Positions 14,336 to 28,219 of a stretch of 64,000 nt of DNA are shown piece by piece. Numbering within the stretch: position 1 is the stretch's first letter; every line of letters starts with the position of its first letter. Location: positions 151,964,001 through 152,028,000 of the forward strand of contig NC_058368.1 of NCBI RefSeq assembly GCF_018350175.1, in the 5' to 3' direction. Position numbers and translations under genes: made by a program. This stretch comes from Felis catus (taxonomy: Eukaryota). Below the pieces are notes generated by a model, which was not told the origin of the DNA, ran no database searches, and worked only from the letters and a program-made list of their open reading frames with translations.

Positions 14336-15079
14336 AAGCCTGAACTTAGATAATAATATTTGAAGATTTTCAAAAGTTACTGGGGAATTAAAGAGCTATT
14401 AAGGTTTGTGCAAAACTGGCAAACAGTAAAATTTTTAAAAAGCCTTTTTCACAAAAGTATCATACACATTGCATGCAATTGTTTAAAAGCAGAAATATGA
14501 AATTTTTACTCATGTTTCCTTATTATTATAGACTCTTACTTTACTCATGCAGAGAAACATTTATGCCCTTTTAGGTGGGAGTAAATATTTTCTGTTAGTG
14601 ACTTAAAAAATTCATGTGTTCAATGTCAACAGTATTTCTGAATCTTCCATAACATTTTGACTTTCCTGCCCATTAAAGCAATAAAATCACCTGTTTTGTT
14701 TTTAAAATCCTAAAATTTCCCTTTAAACATCAGATGGTTCTAAAAATCATTTTGATAATTTAATTTAAATCAGTCATAAGCATATGGATTAGCTTTCACT
14801 GAATCACAATGATATTAAAAGTTAATGCAAAATATTTTTGGTACAATATAGTTCATTTTGAGATAAAAAAGTGTTTGAAAAAATACTGATTCTGTATTGT
14901 TCAATATTATAAAATATAGTTAGGTGTATCCCAGAGTTGAAGGAATCCTTTACCATTTTTTTTTTTTAAGTCTTAAGAACAATCTCAAAATTTAACTTCA
15001 TTTATTGGTCTTCCCCGAAAAGATTTACAGGAATGTCTACATATTTCATGCAGAAAACTTTAAAAGGCACAGAAGAATC

Positions 15080-15562
15080 CTCTCCAACTTCTTTAATTGA
15101 CATTTTATAGTTTTGGGGATGCAGGACTTTTACCTTCTTGGTTAAGTTTATTCCTAGGTATTTCATTATTTTTGATGCCATTGTAAATGGGACTGTTTTC
15201 TTAATTTGACTTTCTGTAACTTCATTATTAGTGTATACAAATGCAACAGATTTCTGAATATTAATTTTGTATCCTGTGATACAAATAATGAATTAATGAA
15301 TTCATTTAAGATATTCTATACTCATTATTAGAAAAGCCAATATTCACTACGTGTAGAATTTAAGAAACAGATAAACAAAGGGGAAAACAAGACAAAAAAA
15401 TAGAATTAAAAACAGAGAACAAACTGATGCTTTCCAGAGGGGAAGTGGGTGGGGGCATGGATGGGTGAAATCGGTAAAGGGGATTAAGACCACAGTTATT
15501 GTGATGAACAATGAGTACCATACTGCATTGTTGAATCATTATTAAAACAAAACAAAACAAAC
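15080..15562 (+). mobile_element. Short carnivore L1 with inverted 5' segment
   Basis: Antisense ORF2 piece about 15095-15280, then sense 3' UTR and A-rich tail; flanks ACAGAAGAATC / ACAGAAGAGTTC. Confidence 0.7.
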
Positions 15563-17749
15563 AGAAGAGTTCAAGGGAAGAAACACAACAATACTCACCA
15601 TCTAGGTAGAGATAACTGTTGTTAACATGTAAACATTTTGGTATTTACACCAAATACATGAGTCTTCCTAACATGTATGAGTAGTCCAGGCGAATATACA
15701 CATATAAGTAGTGTGAAATCACACCATGATGCCTTAACTTACAGGAATAGTACCGTAAGTTCTTAGGGAAAAAGAAAAGTATCCAAAATATTCAGAAATA
15801 ACAGAATGATGGGTGAAGCAAAGAAGTAAAATAGGAAAAAAAAAAAAAGGAAAGAAAGAAGAAAGGGAATGAGAGAAGGGAAAAAAAACAACGGTTTGCC
15901 AAATTGAGGTAATTCACCAGCCATTCCCTCCAAGAGCATTTTACCTTGGAATAAGCTAAAATAGGAGAAGCAAACCCATAGTCCTAGATTCTGATCTCAC
16001 TCCAGGAAGCTGTTGTTTATTTGTTGTTTAGTGACTTGCCTGAAACAACTCTGTGGCGTGTGTGTCTCCTCAATGGTGTGCCACACTGAGGACTCCTCGG
16101 TTTTTTGTTTGTTTTGTTCTGTTTTGTTTTTATGACTGTTTTTGTTTTTAAGTCTGGCATCAATTACCAAAGAGTTAGGTTAGGATTTACTTTTGTGAGG
16201 GAAATAAAATGTAGTGATTCATAGGGTGCAGGGGGCTGGCAATATTGTATTTTTTGACCAGACGGGTGGCTGAGTATTGCCTTTGTGATAAATCCCTGAG
16301 TTCTACAACTTTGTTTTGTGTACATTCTGCAAGCTTAATTTATAATAATAAGGTTATATTTATTATCTTGATTGCAGTGATTATTTCATGAATATATATA
16401 TGTATATAATTTCATATATATATAATTTCATGGAGTATATACACATATATGGCATTGGTGTATATGTGGCAAAAATTAACCAAGTTAAACACTTGATATA
16501 TATATTCAGATGAATGTCTATCAAATTAGAAATAATGCAATGTGAATTTAAAAGCTTTAAAAAAAGAAGAGTTTAAGATGTATTTTTTCTTTAAAAGGAA
16601 TCAGCACTATATGTTGGATGGTAATCATAAGATTATTCAACCCAAAGAAAATACACTTCCAGTCCTCAAAATAGACTTTATCTATCTAGTATCTGCTTTA
16701 TTTTGTAGTAGGTATGAAAACTTGAACTGCACCTGGGAAGGCAGAGGTATGCAATATTTTTTTAAAGACTTGATTAACACCTGCTTAAATATTTTCTCCC
16801 AATCTTTAATTAAACAGTTAAGGTAGGACTTCATCTCTAGATATACAATCAGACTGAGTCTGAGTAATACTCTACAGCTGTTAATTTCCCTTTCCAAAGA
16901 GAGTTAAACACCAAAAGAGACTTCACTTTCCAAAAACAGTGCTCTTCACTTTCTAAAAGAAGCAAAATGTCAAAATAAAAAAAATACATATATGCAAGTA
17001 GAAAAAACAATTCCAACCATTTTTTATTCTGAATATTACAAATACACATTTTCCCTCCATTCTAGGAACAATGTCTAAAGATTCCAAAATAAAATTTAGT
17101 TCAATAAAATGAAAAATTGAGATTTCTCCAAACGTATCAACTATCAGTACTACTTTAAAATATGTATGTACAACATCTAAAAACAGTAACAATAAATTAA
17201 GTTGCAAAATTCTAGTCCAACCATCTGTAAGATGAGATCTTTATTATAACTCTGCAATTACTTTCAGCATCACCTAGCTTCTAGAAAGCCAAGTGAAAAG
17301 GTATATAGAAGACATTTATACTCTAAGTACATAATACTTAAGTCACTATTTATAAAATAATGAAAGCCATACTATATTCTTAAGCATAGTATCAAATTTC
17401 TTGTCCCATTTTCTGATTTGCAGAATTTTAGAGCTTCTTCAATTCCTTGACCAGTTAATTTTCTTTTTAATAGTGCATTGTACTTGGTAAAGAAAAAGAG
17501 AGTGAAAGAGAAGGGGAGGAGAAAGGACAGAGGGAAGGAGAGAAACAGAGGAAAGAGTAAGAGCACCTCTGTGACATCATCATCACAGCAGTTTTCAGGG
17601 TAACAGCCATAGCTGAGTTAGAGGGACAACTCTTCGCTGGTAATTTCCAAAGCACATCAGTAGGACCAAGAGCAATACTATCTCCCTATGAGTATGGAGA
17701 TTGTCACTCAGGAAGGAAGATTAAGATTACTCATGAGAACGTTTCGTTA

Positions 17750-18000
17750 ATAAGGTGGTCAAGCACTCAATTCTGAAGTCAGATTGTGTGTCTGAATTGT
17801 GGTTCTCCCATACTTGCTATGTCATCTCAAACAAGTCCCTTAACCACCCTGTGCATCAGTTTTTTCATGTGCAAAGTAAGGATATTAATCAGGCATACTT
17901 CACAGGATTGTTGTGAGGATGAAATATGCTCATATATTGAAAAGGTTCAGAACATTGTTTGCATTTCTATCTAAATGTTTGGTATTATTCATTTTTACTA
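17750..18000 (+). mobile_element. MIR
   Basis: Core AAGTCCCTTAACC...CAGTTTTTTCATGTGCAAA...CAGGATTGTTGTGAGGAT. Confidence 0.8.
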
Positions 18001-18275
18001 TTATATCTATCTGATGATTTTTATCACTTAATAAAAGAACTTGGTACAAAAAGCCATATTTTTATTTATCTCAAGTATTCGTTAACTTGAAAACATCACC
18101 TACCCTACCCACAACAGTTAAATTCCTATGTAGTTCCAAGAAGCTTCATCACAACATGTAATTTTTAAGGAGTTATTCCAAGAAATTATTATTTACTCCA
18201 TCCATTACATTACCCAAAATGCATTAATGAATCCAGACCCCAAACCCATTGAAATAATAGTATCAGATGTGAACT

Positions 18276-18445
18276 CTTTTTTAAGTTTATTTTTGAGAGA
18301 GAGAGCCACGCAGAGAAGGAGCAAGAGAATTTTAAGTAGGCTCCACACTGTCAGCACAGAGCCCAATATGGGGCTCAAACTCAGGAACCCTGAGATCAAG
18401 ACCTGAGCTGAAATCAAGAGTCAGATGCTTAACCAGCTGAGCCAG
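18276..18445 (-). mobile_element. CAN-SINE, 5'-truncated
   Basis: Antisense SINE body. Confidence 0.88.
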
Positions 18446-18490
18446 ATTTGAACTCTTCCAGAGAAAAACTCTTATCACGTTTAGAATTAA

Positions 18491-18703
18491 TTTTTTTTTC
18501 AACGTTTATTTTATTTTTGGGACAGAGAGAGACAGAGCATGAACGGGAGAGGGGCAGAGAGAGAGGGAGACACAGCATTGGAAACAGGCTCCAGGCTCCG
18601 AGCCATCAGCCCAGAGCCTGACGCGGGGCTCGAACTCACGGACCGCGAGATCGTGACCTGGCTGAAGTCGGACGCTTAACCGACTGCGCCACCCAGGCGC
18701 CCC
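18491..18703 (-). mobile_element. Young felid CAN-SINE (SINEC_Fc type)
   Basis: CpGs intact; perfect TSD TCACGTTTAGAATTAA 18475-18490 and 18704-18719. Confidence 0.96.
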
Positions 18704-21530
18704 TCACGTTTAGAATTAAAAACAACTTGAGTGAATGAGAGATTTCAGAAACTAATCTTTGATTAAAAGGTCTTTTCAAGATTTTCTAAAATAAATTAAT
18801 TCCCTCCTAAAACTTATAAATACCCTCCACTAAAATATTATTTTTAGTGAATCCTCAGGGACATAATAGTAAATGAATTTCATGTGGCATAATAGTATGT
18901 TATCATATACTATCAATATAGTAGCATTCTAGCCAAATTTTAAGTTACAGATATAATGCTTTAGTGAAGAGTGTTTAGAATGACAATAGAAGCCTAGAGC
19001 AGTCATGGAATAAGTGGAACTATCTGGTTATTGTCCCTTTATGTTAGTTTCAGTATTACACCTGAGTAATCTGTGCAAACAAAGCTTAAGAAAGGCTAAT
19101 ATTTGGGCTAATAAAATATTAATAAGAATATATTAAGCAAAATAAGAATGACTAAGGAAAGCAAAGTATTAATCATACCAAAATGTGTCTGATTACTTCA
19201 GTGAAGAATGTTTAATTTTAGTGGATACTGTTAACATCTCACCAAGACCTATTCAGTGGCAGACACACCCATTCCCAGATGGTATGAGTGTTGGCTTTTA
19301 ATGGTTTGTGGCTGCCTTCTTCCCTGGAGAACTGACCCCGTCATGTGAGAGCTACTTCACAAACAGGTGCCCCCTACCTCCCACATGTGGCAAAGCTAAA
19401 ATCAGGTATGCCTTCAATCTTTTTCCCAGGCTTTGCTTCTAGAAATCTGAGACCAATTTCCTCCTCAAAATCAGTCAAGAAGGATTATGTCTAGGATTTA
19501 AATAAGTTACAAGAAGCATTATTTAAATATAATTGTTAGTCCATACTAGAGTAATGAATCATTTTTTCCTATCATTATTTCAATGGTAACCAAATAGTCT
19601 TTTTGTAGCATTGGAACACCTGAACTACGTGGTCTTCTATGAATGGAAGTCCAAGTATGTGTGTGTGTGTGTGGGGGGGGGGGTCTATGTGACTGTGTCT
19701 GTATCTGTATGCTCATGTGTATAGGTAGTATAATTTCTGAACCACAATTGTGATATTTACATATACACATACATATTGCATTTTGCTATGTGGTTAACTG
19801 ATTGAAATCAACACATTTAAAAGTACAAATTCTAGAAAAATTGGACTCAAAGAAGTGTATTAGCATTATCGCAAGCTTCCTTTTGAAGAGTTAATTTTCT
19901 ATGATTGCTATTCTTGATGGATCTAAGAATTCTATACGTTGGATAGAATAAATTAAGATATGTCTTTGCTACTCAACGAATACACCTGAATGAACATGGG
20001 CCCAGGACTTGCAACATATTCACAGGTAATTTATAGGTCTCCTATTGTCTATAGGGCTAAACTTAAAACTGCAGTTCTTTTTAGAATTTAAAATAAACTT
20101 TAAGAATAAATTAAATAGAACTCTTTTTTACCTCATCTGAACTGTTAGAAATAGAGACGGTCTTAAAGCTGCAAAGTCCTAATTCTCAACGAGTTGGATA
20201 TTGTTGCATTTTCAAAGATCTATGATCATTTACTAGTTAAATTCTGCATTGATCCTTGTATAGATCAACTCTTGTTCAGGTTACAGGAGAAGGATGACAG
20301 AATAGATATTAAATAAGCAAATGCTGATCATGTTTCTTTGACTTGTCTATTGACTTATCAAATGATAAGAAAATGCTATGCTTTCATGAATATAACCTCT
20401 CTTACTTGCACTTACATCACCCCCCACAGGATTTTATTTAGCATGGCATATGGTACTATTGTTGTACACTCTGCCAGTTGAGCAAGTGGTGACTGATAGA
20501 ATTCCTTAAGGCAGTTAAGGCCTGTGGTGTAAGAGACCAGAAAATAAGCAGAACAACGGAGGCCATTTCCCTATGGCTGAACCAGCGTTCAACTCAGGTC
20601 TCTTTTCTCTCAACTCTCTAAATAGGGTGCTATCATGCACGTTTGTGAAAAAGAAGGAATTACTGAATATTCAAAGTGTTCTGATTTTACTTCTTTTTGG
20701 TCCAACCCGCAACTGAAAGATGTCTAGTACTTTTCAAACTGAAGATGCACTGTCTAGGAAAGGTCTATCTAAATTGAAATAAAATATAATTAACTGAAAT
20801 AAATCGATTCTAACTTGGCATGCTTAGAAACACCAGGATAACCAATGTAGGTTAGTACACTGATGTAGAAGGAGAGATGTGGGGGAAAACAGTGGAGGGA
20901 AATGAAGGAGATTTAAGGTTAGGGAAGGAGAAGAGAAAAACATGAAAATTAGTCTAAAATTGTTGAGGCACGTATGATTTTTACTGTTACTGAGCTTATT
21001 GAGTATCACCGGCATTTGTGTTAAAAATTAACAAGTGTGGACTTCTAGAAGACCCATCAGATGAGTTCAAAGAAAAGGGGGTTAGAGGGTTATAAATACA
21101 GAAATATCAAAGTTCAAAAATTCAAGAAGACAAGGAAAACAAATCTAACTCTGAAATGGTATCATACTTGGCAAAGGAAAGAGGAAAAAAAATATGACAA
21201 GTTCATTTGTTTCAGAGAAAATTCTCCCTCTAATTCCCTTATTTTGGTGACATTTTAAGAGTTAAAAAATCATTTAAATTCATGACCTTAGAATTTCTAT
21301 TTAAAAGGGTTTAACACCCCATGATACAGCTTCTCCAAACCCTCTAATGTATTAAAATACCTGTAAAAATGTATTTTAAAACTAGATACTTTTTAAAGAT
21401 TGCAATCACAACAAGAATCCCTATAATAGACTTATTAGCAAATTCTTAAGGAAATTTCCATTAAAACCAGGATGGATGGAGGGGTTTACATATAAGTTCA
21501 AAGAACCAGATTGCGGGGGGGGGGGGGGGG

Positions 21531-21762
21531 GGGCGGCGCCTGGGTGGCTCAGTTGGTTAAGTGTCCGACTTCAGCTCAGGTCATGGTCTCACATTCCGTG
21601 AGTTCAAGCCCCATGTTGGGCTCTGTGCCGACAGCTCAGAGCCTGGAGCCTGCTTCAGATTCTGTGTCTCCCCCTCTCTCTGCCTCTCCCCTGCTCATGC
21701 TCTCTGTTTCAAAAATTAAAAAACATTAAAAAAATTAAAAACAAACAAAAACAAAAACAAAA
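21531..21762 (+). mobile_element. CAN-SINE preceded by a poly-G run
   Basis: Full head and tail; TSD CAAAGAACCAGA 21499-21510 and 21763-21774. Confidence 0.94.
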
Positions 21763-22703
21763 CAAAGAACCAGACAGGCTCAACTGCTGAAAACAGAGAA
21801 AACCAGTTCAACTGAAATAAGATTAGAAAACCTTGCTCTCCCTACCCTGACACATTCTAGCATTTAACTATGAAGTCTAAGAGAACTATATCCTGAAAAT
21901 TAGGCATCCATTCTCTACTAAAAGATGTTTCTTCTAAGAAACTTAAAAGATCCCTCTGTAAGTACTCTTCACGTACTTCAATTTAGTGGCTCAACGCTCT
22001 TAACACAATTGGGCATAAAAAATGTGGACTTTTAAAGTGTATTTTGGCACCAAGAGAAGCATATACCTCTTGAAAACCAGGACAGAAATATCTGTGAAAA
22101 TTTTAGTCTATCTTATATTGAGTTGACCAGGAATGTGCAAGAACCAAGCAAATAAAAGACTCTCACTTTGGCCCAACATATGCATATCTGAAGGCAGCTT
22201 TCTGGCCACCTGGATGGTAACTGTCAAACTCCCTTACAACTGCGGAACTCAAGAAGGCACTCAAGTGAGTACGTGAGTGGATGGTAGGTGAAGTGAAGAA
22301 CAACATAATATTTTAAAATATTACAAGTGAAAAGATCTATTTTAGACTAGAATGATTGAATAACAAGAATTTAAGAAGAATACTATAAAATCTTAATGAA
22401 AGGAACATCATCCTGGAAACCATCTACAAAAGACACTTCTTACAAAACCAGGAAATTTTTAAAAAGTTGTATATTCACAATAAAATATAAGAGGATATCA
22501 CTACAAGGAAACCATATAGTGAAATTTAGGAGAACAAAGGGTCTTCAGGAAAAAAAACATTAATAGTGAACTAGAATTCATTTTTGTATTAGTTTTCATT
22601 TTGCACATTTTATGAAACACTGAAATAGTGAAAGAAAATTTAAACATAGAATAGCATTACTTTAAAATTCTTTTATAAGCTATTAATATAAAAGTAAACA
22701 TTA

Positions 22704-24657
22704 CTTGTGGTGGTTTCAATTTGCATTTTCCTGATCATTAGTGATGCTGAGCATCTTTTTATGAGTCTCTTGGCTATCTAGATGTCTTCTTTGGATAAAT
22801 GTCTAGATGTCTTCCTGATTTCTGCCCTTTTTAATTGGATTATTATTTATTTTAGTATTGAGTTAAGTTCTTTATATATTTTGGGTATTAACCCCTTATC
22901 AGATATACCATTTGCAAATATCTTCTCCCATTTGGTGGGTTCTTTCTATTCTATTGATGGTTTCCTTTACTATCATATATCTTTTTATTTTGGTGTAGTC
23001 CCAAGTGTTTAATTTTGCTTTTGTCTACCTTGTCTGAGGAGACATGTCTAGAAAAATGTTTCTATAACCAATGTTAACAAAATACTGCCTATGTTGTCTT
23101 CTAGGATTTTTATGGTTTCAGGTCTCACATTAAGGTCTTCAATCCATTTTGAGTCTGTTTTTGCATATAATGTAAGAAAGTGGTCTAGATTTCATTCTTT
23201 TGCATGTAGCTGTCCAGTTTTCCCAACACCATTTGTTGAAGAGACTGTCTTTATCCCCATTGCCTTTTTTTTTTTTTGCCTTGTTTGCCATAGATTTATT
23301 GACCATAACATTGTGGGTTTATTTCTGGGCTCCCTTATCTGTTTCATTGATACATACCTATTTTTGTGCCAGTACCATACTGTTTTGATTTGCAGCTTTT
23401 GTAGTTTATCTTGAAGTCTGGGATTATGATAGCTCCCATCTTGTTCTTCTTTTTCAAGATTGCTTTGGCTGTTTGGGTTTTTTGAAGTTCCATATAAATT
23501 TTAGGATTGTTTTGTCTATTTATATGACACATTGTAGGTCTTTTGATAGAGATGGCATTAAATCTGCAGATAGCCATGGGTAGTGGGAACATAACCCCTC
23601 TTCCCTGGTTTAAAAAAAAACCCAAATAATCCAATTACAAATGGGCAGAAGACATTCAACATCACTAAGCATCAAGAAAATGCAAATCAAAATCATAATC
23701 AGCTATCATTTCACACCTGTCAGAATGGTTAAAATTGAAACAAGAGGACAGAGAAAAAACCCTCGTGGCACTGTCAGTGGGAATCCAAATTGGTGCAACC
23801 ACTGTGGAAAACAGTACAAAGGTTCCTAAAAAATTAAAAATAGAATTACTTTATGTTCCAAGAATTTCACTACTGATCATTTACCAAAAAATATGAATAC
23901 GCTAATTTGAAAAGATGTGTGCACCCTATGTTTATTGCAGCATTATTTATAAAAGCCAAGATATGGAAGCAACCCAAGTGTCTATCAAAAGATGAATGAA
24001 TAAAGATGATGTGGTGCATATATGCAATAAAGTATTACTCAGCCACAAAAAAAGAATGACTTCTTGCCATTTGCAACAACATGGGTGAATCTAGAAGGCA
24101 TAATGCTAAGCAAAAGAAGTCAGAGAAAAACAAATACTATACGATTTTACTCATGTAGAATTTAAGAAACAAAACAAATGAGCAAAAGAAAAAGAGACAA
24201 ACCAAGAAACATATTCTTTTTTTTAATGTTAATTTTTGAGAGAGAGAGAGAGAGAGAGAGAGAGCAAGTGAGCAGGGGAGGGGCAGAGAGAGAGGGAGAC
24301 ACAGAATCCGAAGCAGGTTCCGGGATCTGAGGTGTCAGCACAGAGCCCAACGTGGGGCTTGAACTCAAAAGCGGTGAGATCATGACCTGAGCTGAAGTAG
24401 GCCACTTAACCTACTGAGCCACCCACGCACCCCTTAGGAAACATATTCTTAACTACAGAGAAGAAACTGATGGTACCAGAGGGAATGGGGGGGGGGGGGC
24501 AGCATGGATGAAAAAGAGAATTAAAGACTACAATAATCATGATGAGCACTGAGCAATGTACAGAATTGGTGAATCAGTATATTGTACACCTGAAATTAAT
24601 ATAACGCTATCTGGTGATATATTGGAATTAAATAAAAGAATAAAATTAAAAAAAATT
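22704..24657 (+). mobile_element. Carnivore L1 3' portion with 5' inversion; SINE inserted in the 3' UTR
   Basis: Antisense ORF2 22704-23590, then sense ORF2 end, 3' UTR and A tail 23610-24657. Confidence 0.85.
24217..24433 (-). mobile_element. CAN-SINE inside L1
   Basis: TSD GAAACATATTCTT. Confidence 0.93.
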
Positions 24658-26744
24658 TAAAGCAGATATTGCTGAAACAAAATGAATAATGCAGAAGAAA
24701 AAATGCAAAAACAGAGGGAAAGAACAAAAAGATGAAATCAAACAGAAACTAAGGCAGAGATCCTACCTAAAAGCATGGGGACCCTGAGAAAGAAACCAGA
24801 ACTGGAAGAGAAACACCACCAAGATGTATTAAGCAGCAAAACAGAAGCTCTTCTGAGGTGGGGGAAAGAAGCCTAGACAACTCCTGGCCATTCTTTGGTA
24901 ACGTTTAATTATTTTTCTTTGAACTCAAGTAATACACATATAGTATAAAATTTGGGGGAAGTGGGAGAGAACAAGAGGGACAGAGAGACAGACAATGTGT
25001 GTGATAGAGAAAAAGATACACATACAGATAATGAGAAAGGAAGCGGACAAAGAAAGATGGAAGGAAAAGAGGGAGAGAGAATGCAGGGGTGATCACATAT
25101 CATAGCACTCCATGAGACAATTACATTAAAATTTATGGCTCACTTATTGGAAATAGAATTATGAATGACTTCTTAGAACTCTGAGATAACTTTATCTTTG
25201 TTACCTGTTCCCCCAACACACTTTATTTATCAACAATATTACAAAAAATAAGATGAGTACTTAGTTTTCTATGGTAAATTTTTTAATCAAGTTCCTATCT
25301 AGATAGTTACATTCCAGTTTTCAACCACTGTATCATGATACAATGATTTGGAGCAAAATAGTATCGCCATTCTTTTGTGCAAGTATATAAAACCTGTCAT
25401 TTTATCCACGCAACTTCTTTAAATAATTATCCTGTGGAGTTCTTACACATGTTAATATTAACCTCACCTCTTTTGACTGAGAAAAAGAACTCCTGGAATT
25501 CATAGTAAAAAACCAAACAAATGAAACACAAAACAAAAAAAAAAAACAAAAAAAACTTGAACATGTCTCATTACAAACAATTCTGTTATTTCTTTACAGT
25601 AAGTTTCAAGGATAAGAATTATTGGGACAGGTTGAAAAATTTTAGTATACTGACTGGACACTTCTATTTCCTTCTGGGGGGTATGAATTATTTATTCACA
25701 CTCTTTGTTCATTTTTTTATGAAGTGTTAGCCTTATGATAGGATGAGAGGAAGCTTGTCTTTTTAAAAGTTTAATCCATTCATCTATTATAGGTATTATA
25801 AAAATCTATTTCTTAGTTTATTGAATACCTTTGTTTTCAAATTAATTTTTAAATCTTTCATATTGATGAAATGATGATGAATCATTTTTAATTGTGAGTT
25901 CTCTCTTTGGTTTAATTCCTATATATAAGGTATTCCTTGCTTAAGAGATCACATAAATATTACCAGTATTTATTGCTATTTAAGATTTCAATTTTTACAT
26001 TAAATGTTTCCATCTTGACATTGATATATTTTGGAAAGTATGCATCTCTTTTAATTCTATTCTTGCTCAAATAATATCAATATCTCCATTGATTTAACTG
26101 TATCATTTTCAGCCAGTTTCTTCATGGCTCTGGCAAGAGGAGAGGAAGAGTAAGTATTCTGAAACAGGCCAAGAATGTTCTCCATAAAAATGGCCTACTC
26201 TCAATGGAAAAGACGTGCTTTCTTTTCTTGAAAAATATACTGGACATTATATTCCCTGTCTTCCACAGCTTCCTTAGTTCTTTTTATTTCTGTGATGTTA
26301 ATCTTTTTCTTCTTCATATCATGACAAACTTTATGTTCTGTATATTGTAGATGTAATTTTCTGCAATATCCTCAAGCTTTATATTATTCTACCACATAGG
26401 ACATAGGAGTATTGTTCCTCCTATCCCACATTTGTCTGATTAAAACCTTGCTACACAAGTCTAGAATTTACCATGCTGTCAGTGATAATGGAGTACAATA
26501 TATTTTCTTATGTACTTCTCAGGAGTGAAATTAAAATTGGTTCTCAATGACATCTCTAGTACAGTCCTTTCTCCCATTACATCTACTTAAAAAAAAACTC
26601 TGAAATTCTATTTGGTTGCCTTAAGTTTCTTGCGATACTATACATCCTTTCCCATTCCCATAATTTTAAAACTTTAGACATCATTTTAATGGATACCTCC
26701 ATGAGAAAAGGGGTGGAAAAGGAGGCAAGCAGGATTAAGAAATA

Positions 26745-27027
26745 ATCCACAATTCATATGTGGAATTTAAGACACAAAACAGATGAGCATATGGGAAGTG
26801 GGGGTGGGGTGCGGAAGAGAGGGAAACAAACCACAAAAGACTCTTAATGATAAGAGAACAAACTGAGGGTTGACAGAGGGAGGTGGGTGGGAGATGGGCT
26901 AGATGGGTGATAGGTATTAAGGAGGGCACTTGTGATGAGCACTGGGTATCGTAAGTGATGAATCACTGAATTCTACTCCTGAAACCATATTGCACTGTTA
27001 ACTAAAATGTAAATTAAAAAAAAAAAT
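26745..27027 (+). mobile_element. Carnivore L1 3' end
   Basis: GAGAACAAACTGAGGGTTG...TAAGGAGGGCACTTG...GATGAATCACT, A tail. Confidence 0.88.
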
Positions 27028-27349
27028 CAGCTGATTTCAAACTTCTCAGTAACCATGAAACCAAGAAAGGGTTGAAGAACTATAATGGAATGTAACAGCA
27101 AAACTCAAGTCAAAGCTCTACGAATTATTAGATTTATGATCTCAGGCAAGCTACATATTTTTTCTAAGTGACATCATTTCTTAACAAGGACAATAAAACC
27201 GGCCTCATAGGGTAACAGCAAAGCTTAAATGATACTGAATACATAAACCACAGAGCAGAGTACATCATAAATACCATATGTTATTAAATATAAGATTTTA
27301 AGGATTGTAAAATACACCATTATTTTATCTACTATTAAGTAAGGGAGCC

Positions 27350-28018
27350 AAAGACTGTCAATTAAACTGTGACATAATGCTTTAATGATAATCCTAAGTG
27401 ACAACCCATCACCCCAGCTTCTCGTTTGCTTTGAAATTAATTTCAGCTATTCCAAGATTTTTATGGCAGTTTCTCATACTTTCATTTGCATTCTTTTGAG
27501 TGTGACAGACAATATTTGTGCACAAAAATCTGTGATAAATAAATAATTAATACATTTTAGTCCTCTACCTTAGGGTTTTGTCCTTTCTTTGATAACATAA
27601 AGGACTTTCTTACTAGTTGCAAAAAAAAAGTAAAAGCAGAGAAAAATTGTAATTTTTCCAACAATTAAAATTTTTGCATTAATATCAAATTTATACATCT
27701 CTTCTCTAAACTGTGACTTTCCTTATATTCAACTCAAAAACTTTTAACTGATCAATTAGTGTGTAATTATTTTGAAGATATTTGAGATGGCACTTAAAGT
27801 CATTATGTGCAGTAACACCAATGCATACACTTAATGGAAGTAATGACGAAGAATTGTGACCAAATTTGTATATGCCTAACAAAAACGCCATTTGCATCTC
27901 AAAGTGCCACCCCTAAGTGCCACCCCAAAGTGACTATATGAGGTTATTACAAGTTATCAGAATTTTTGAAACGTTACAATATAAAAAATGTGCATTTTAG
28001 AATTGATGAACTATACGC
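27350..28018 (-). mobile_element. TcMar-Tc2 (Kanga/MER104-like) DNA transposon fossil
   Basis: Reverse complement of the right end, CGTATAGTTCATCAATTCTAAAATGCACATTTTT, resembles the Tc2-family TIR; left boundary uncertain. Confidence 0.55.
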
Positions 28019-28219
28019 AGTAAATATTATCAGCATGTATTGTAACAGCATTGGGAGTAAAAGTTTGTGTTCATGAAGATCTCATACCCATTCAAATTTT
28101 AATATTTTGACAGGCATCAGACAATTTCATGCAGATGAGCAGCCACTCCTAATATGTAGCTACAACACTCTGTTTTTTTATGAAAAAGATTACTTGAATA
28201 TGATAATCAATAAGATACT

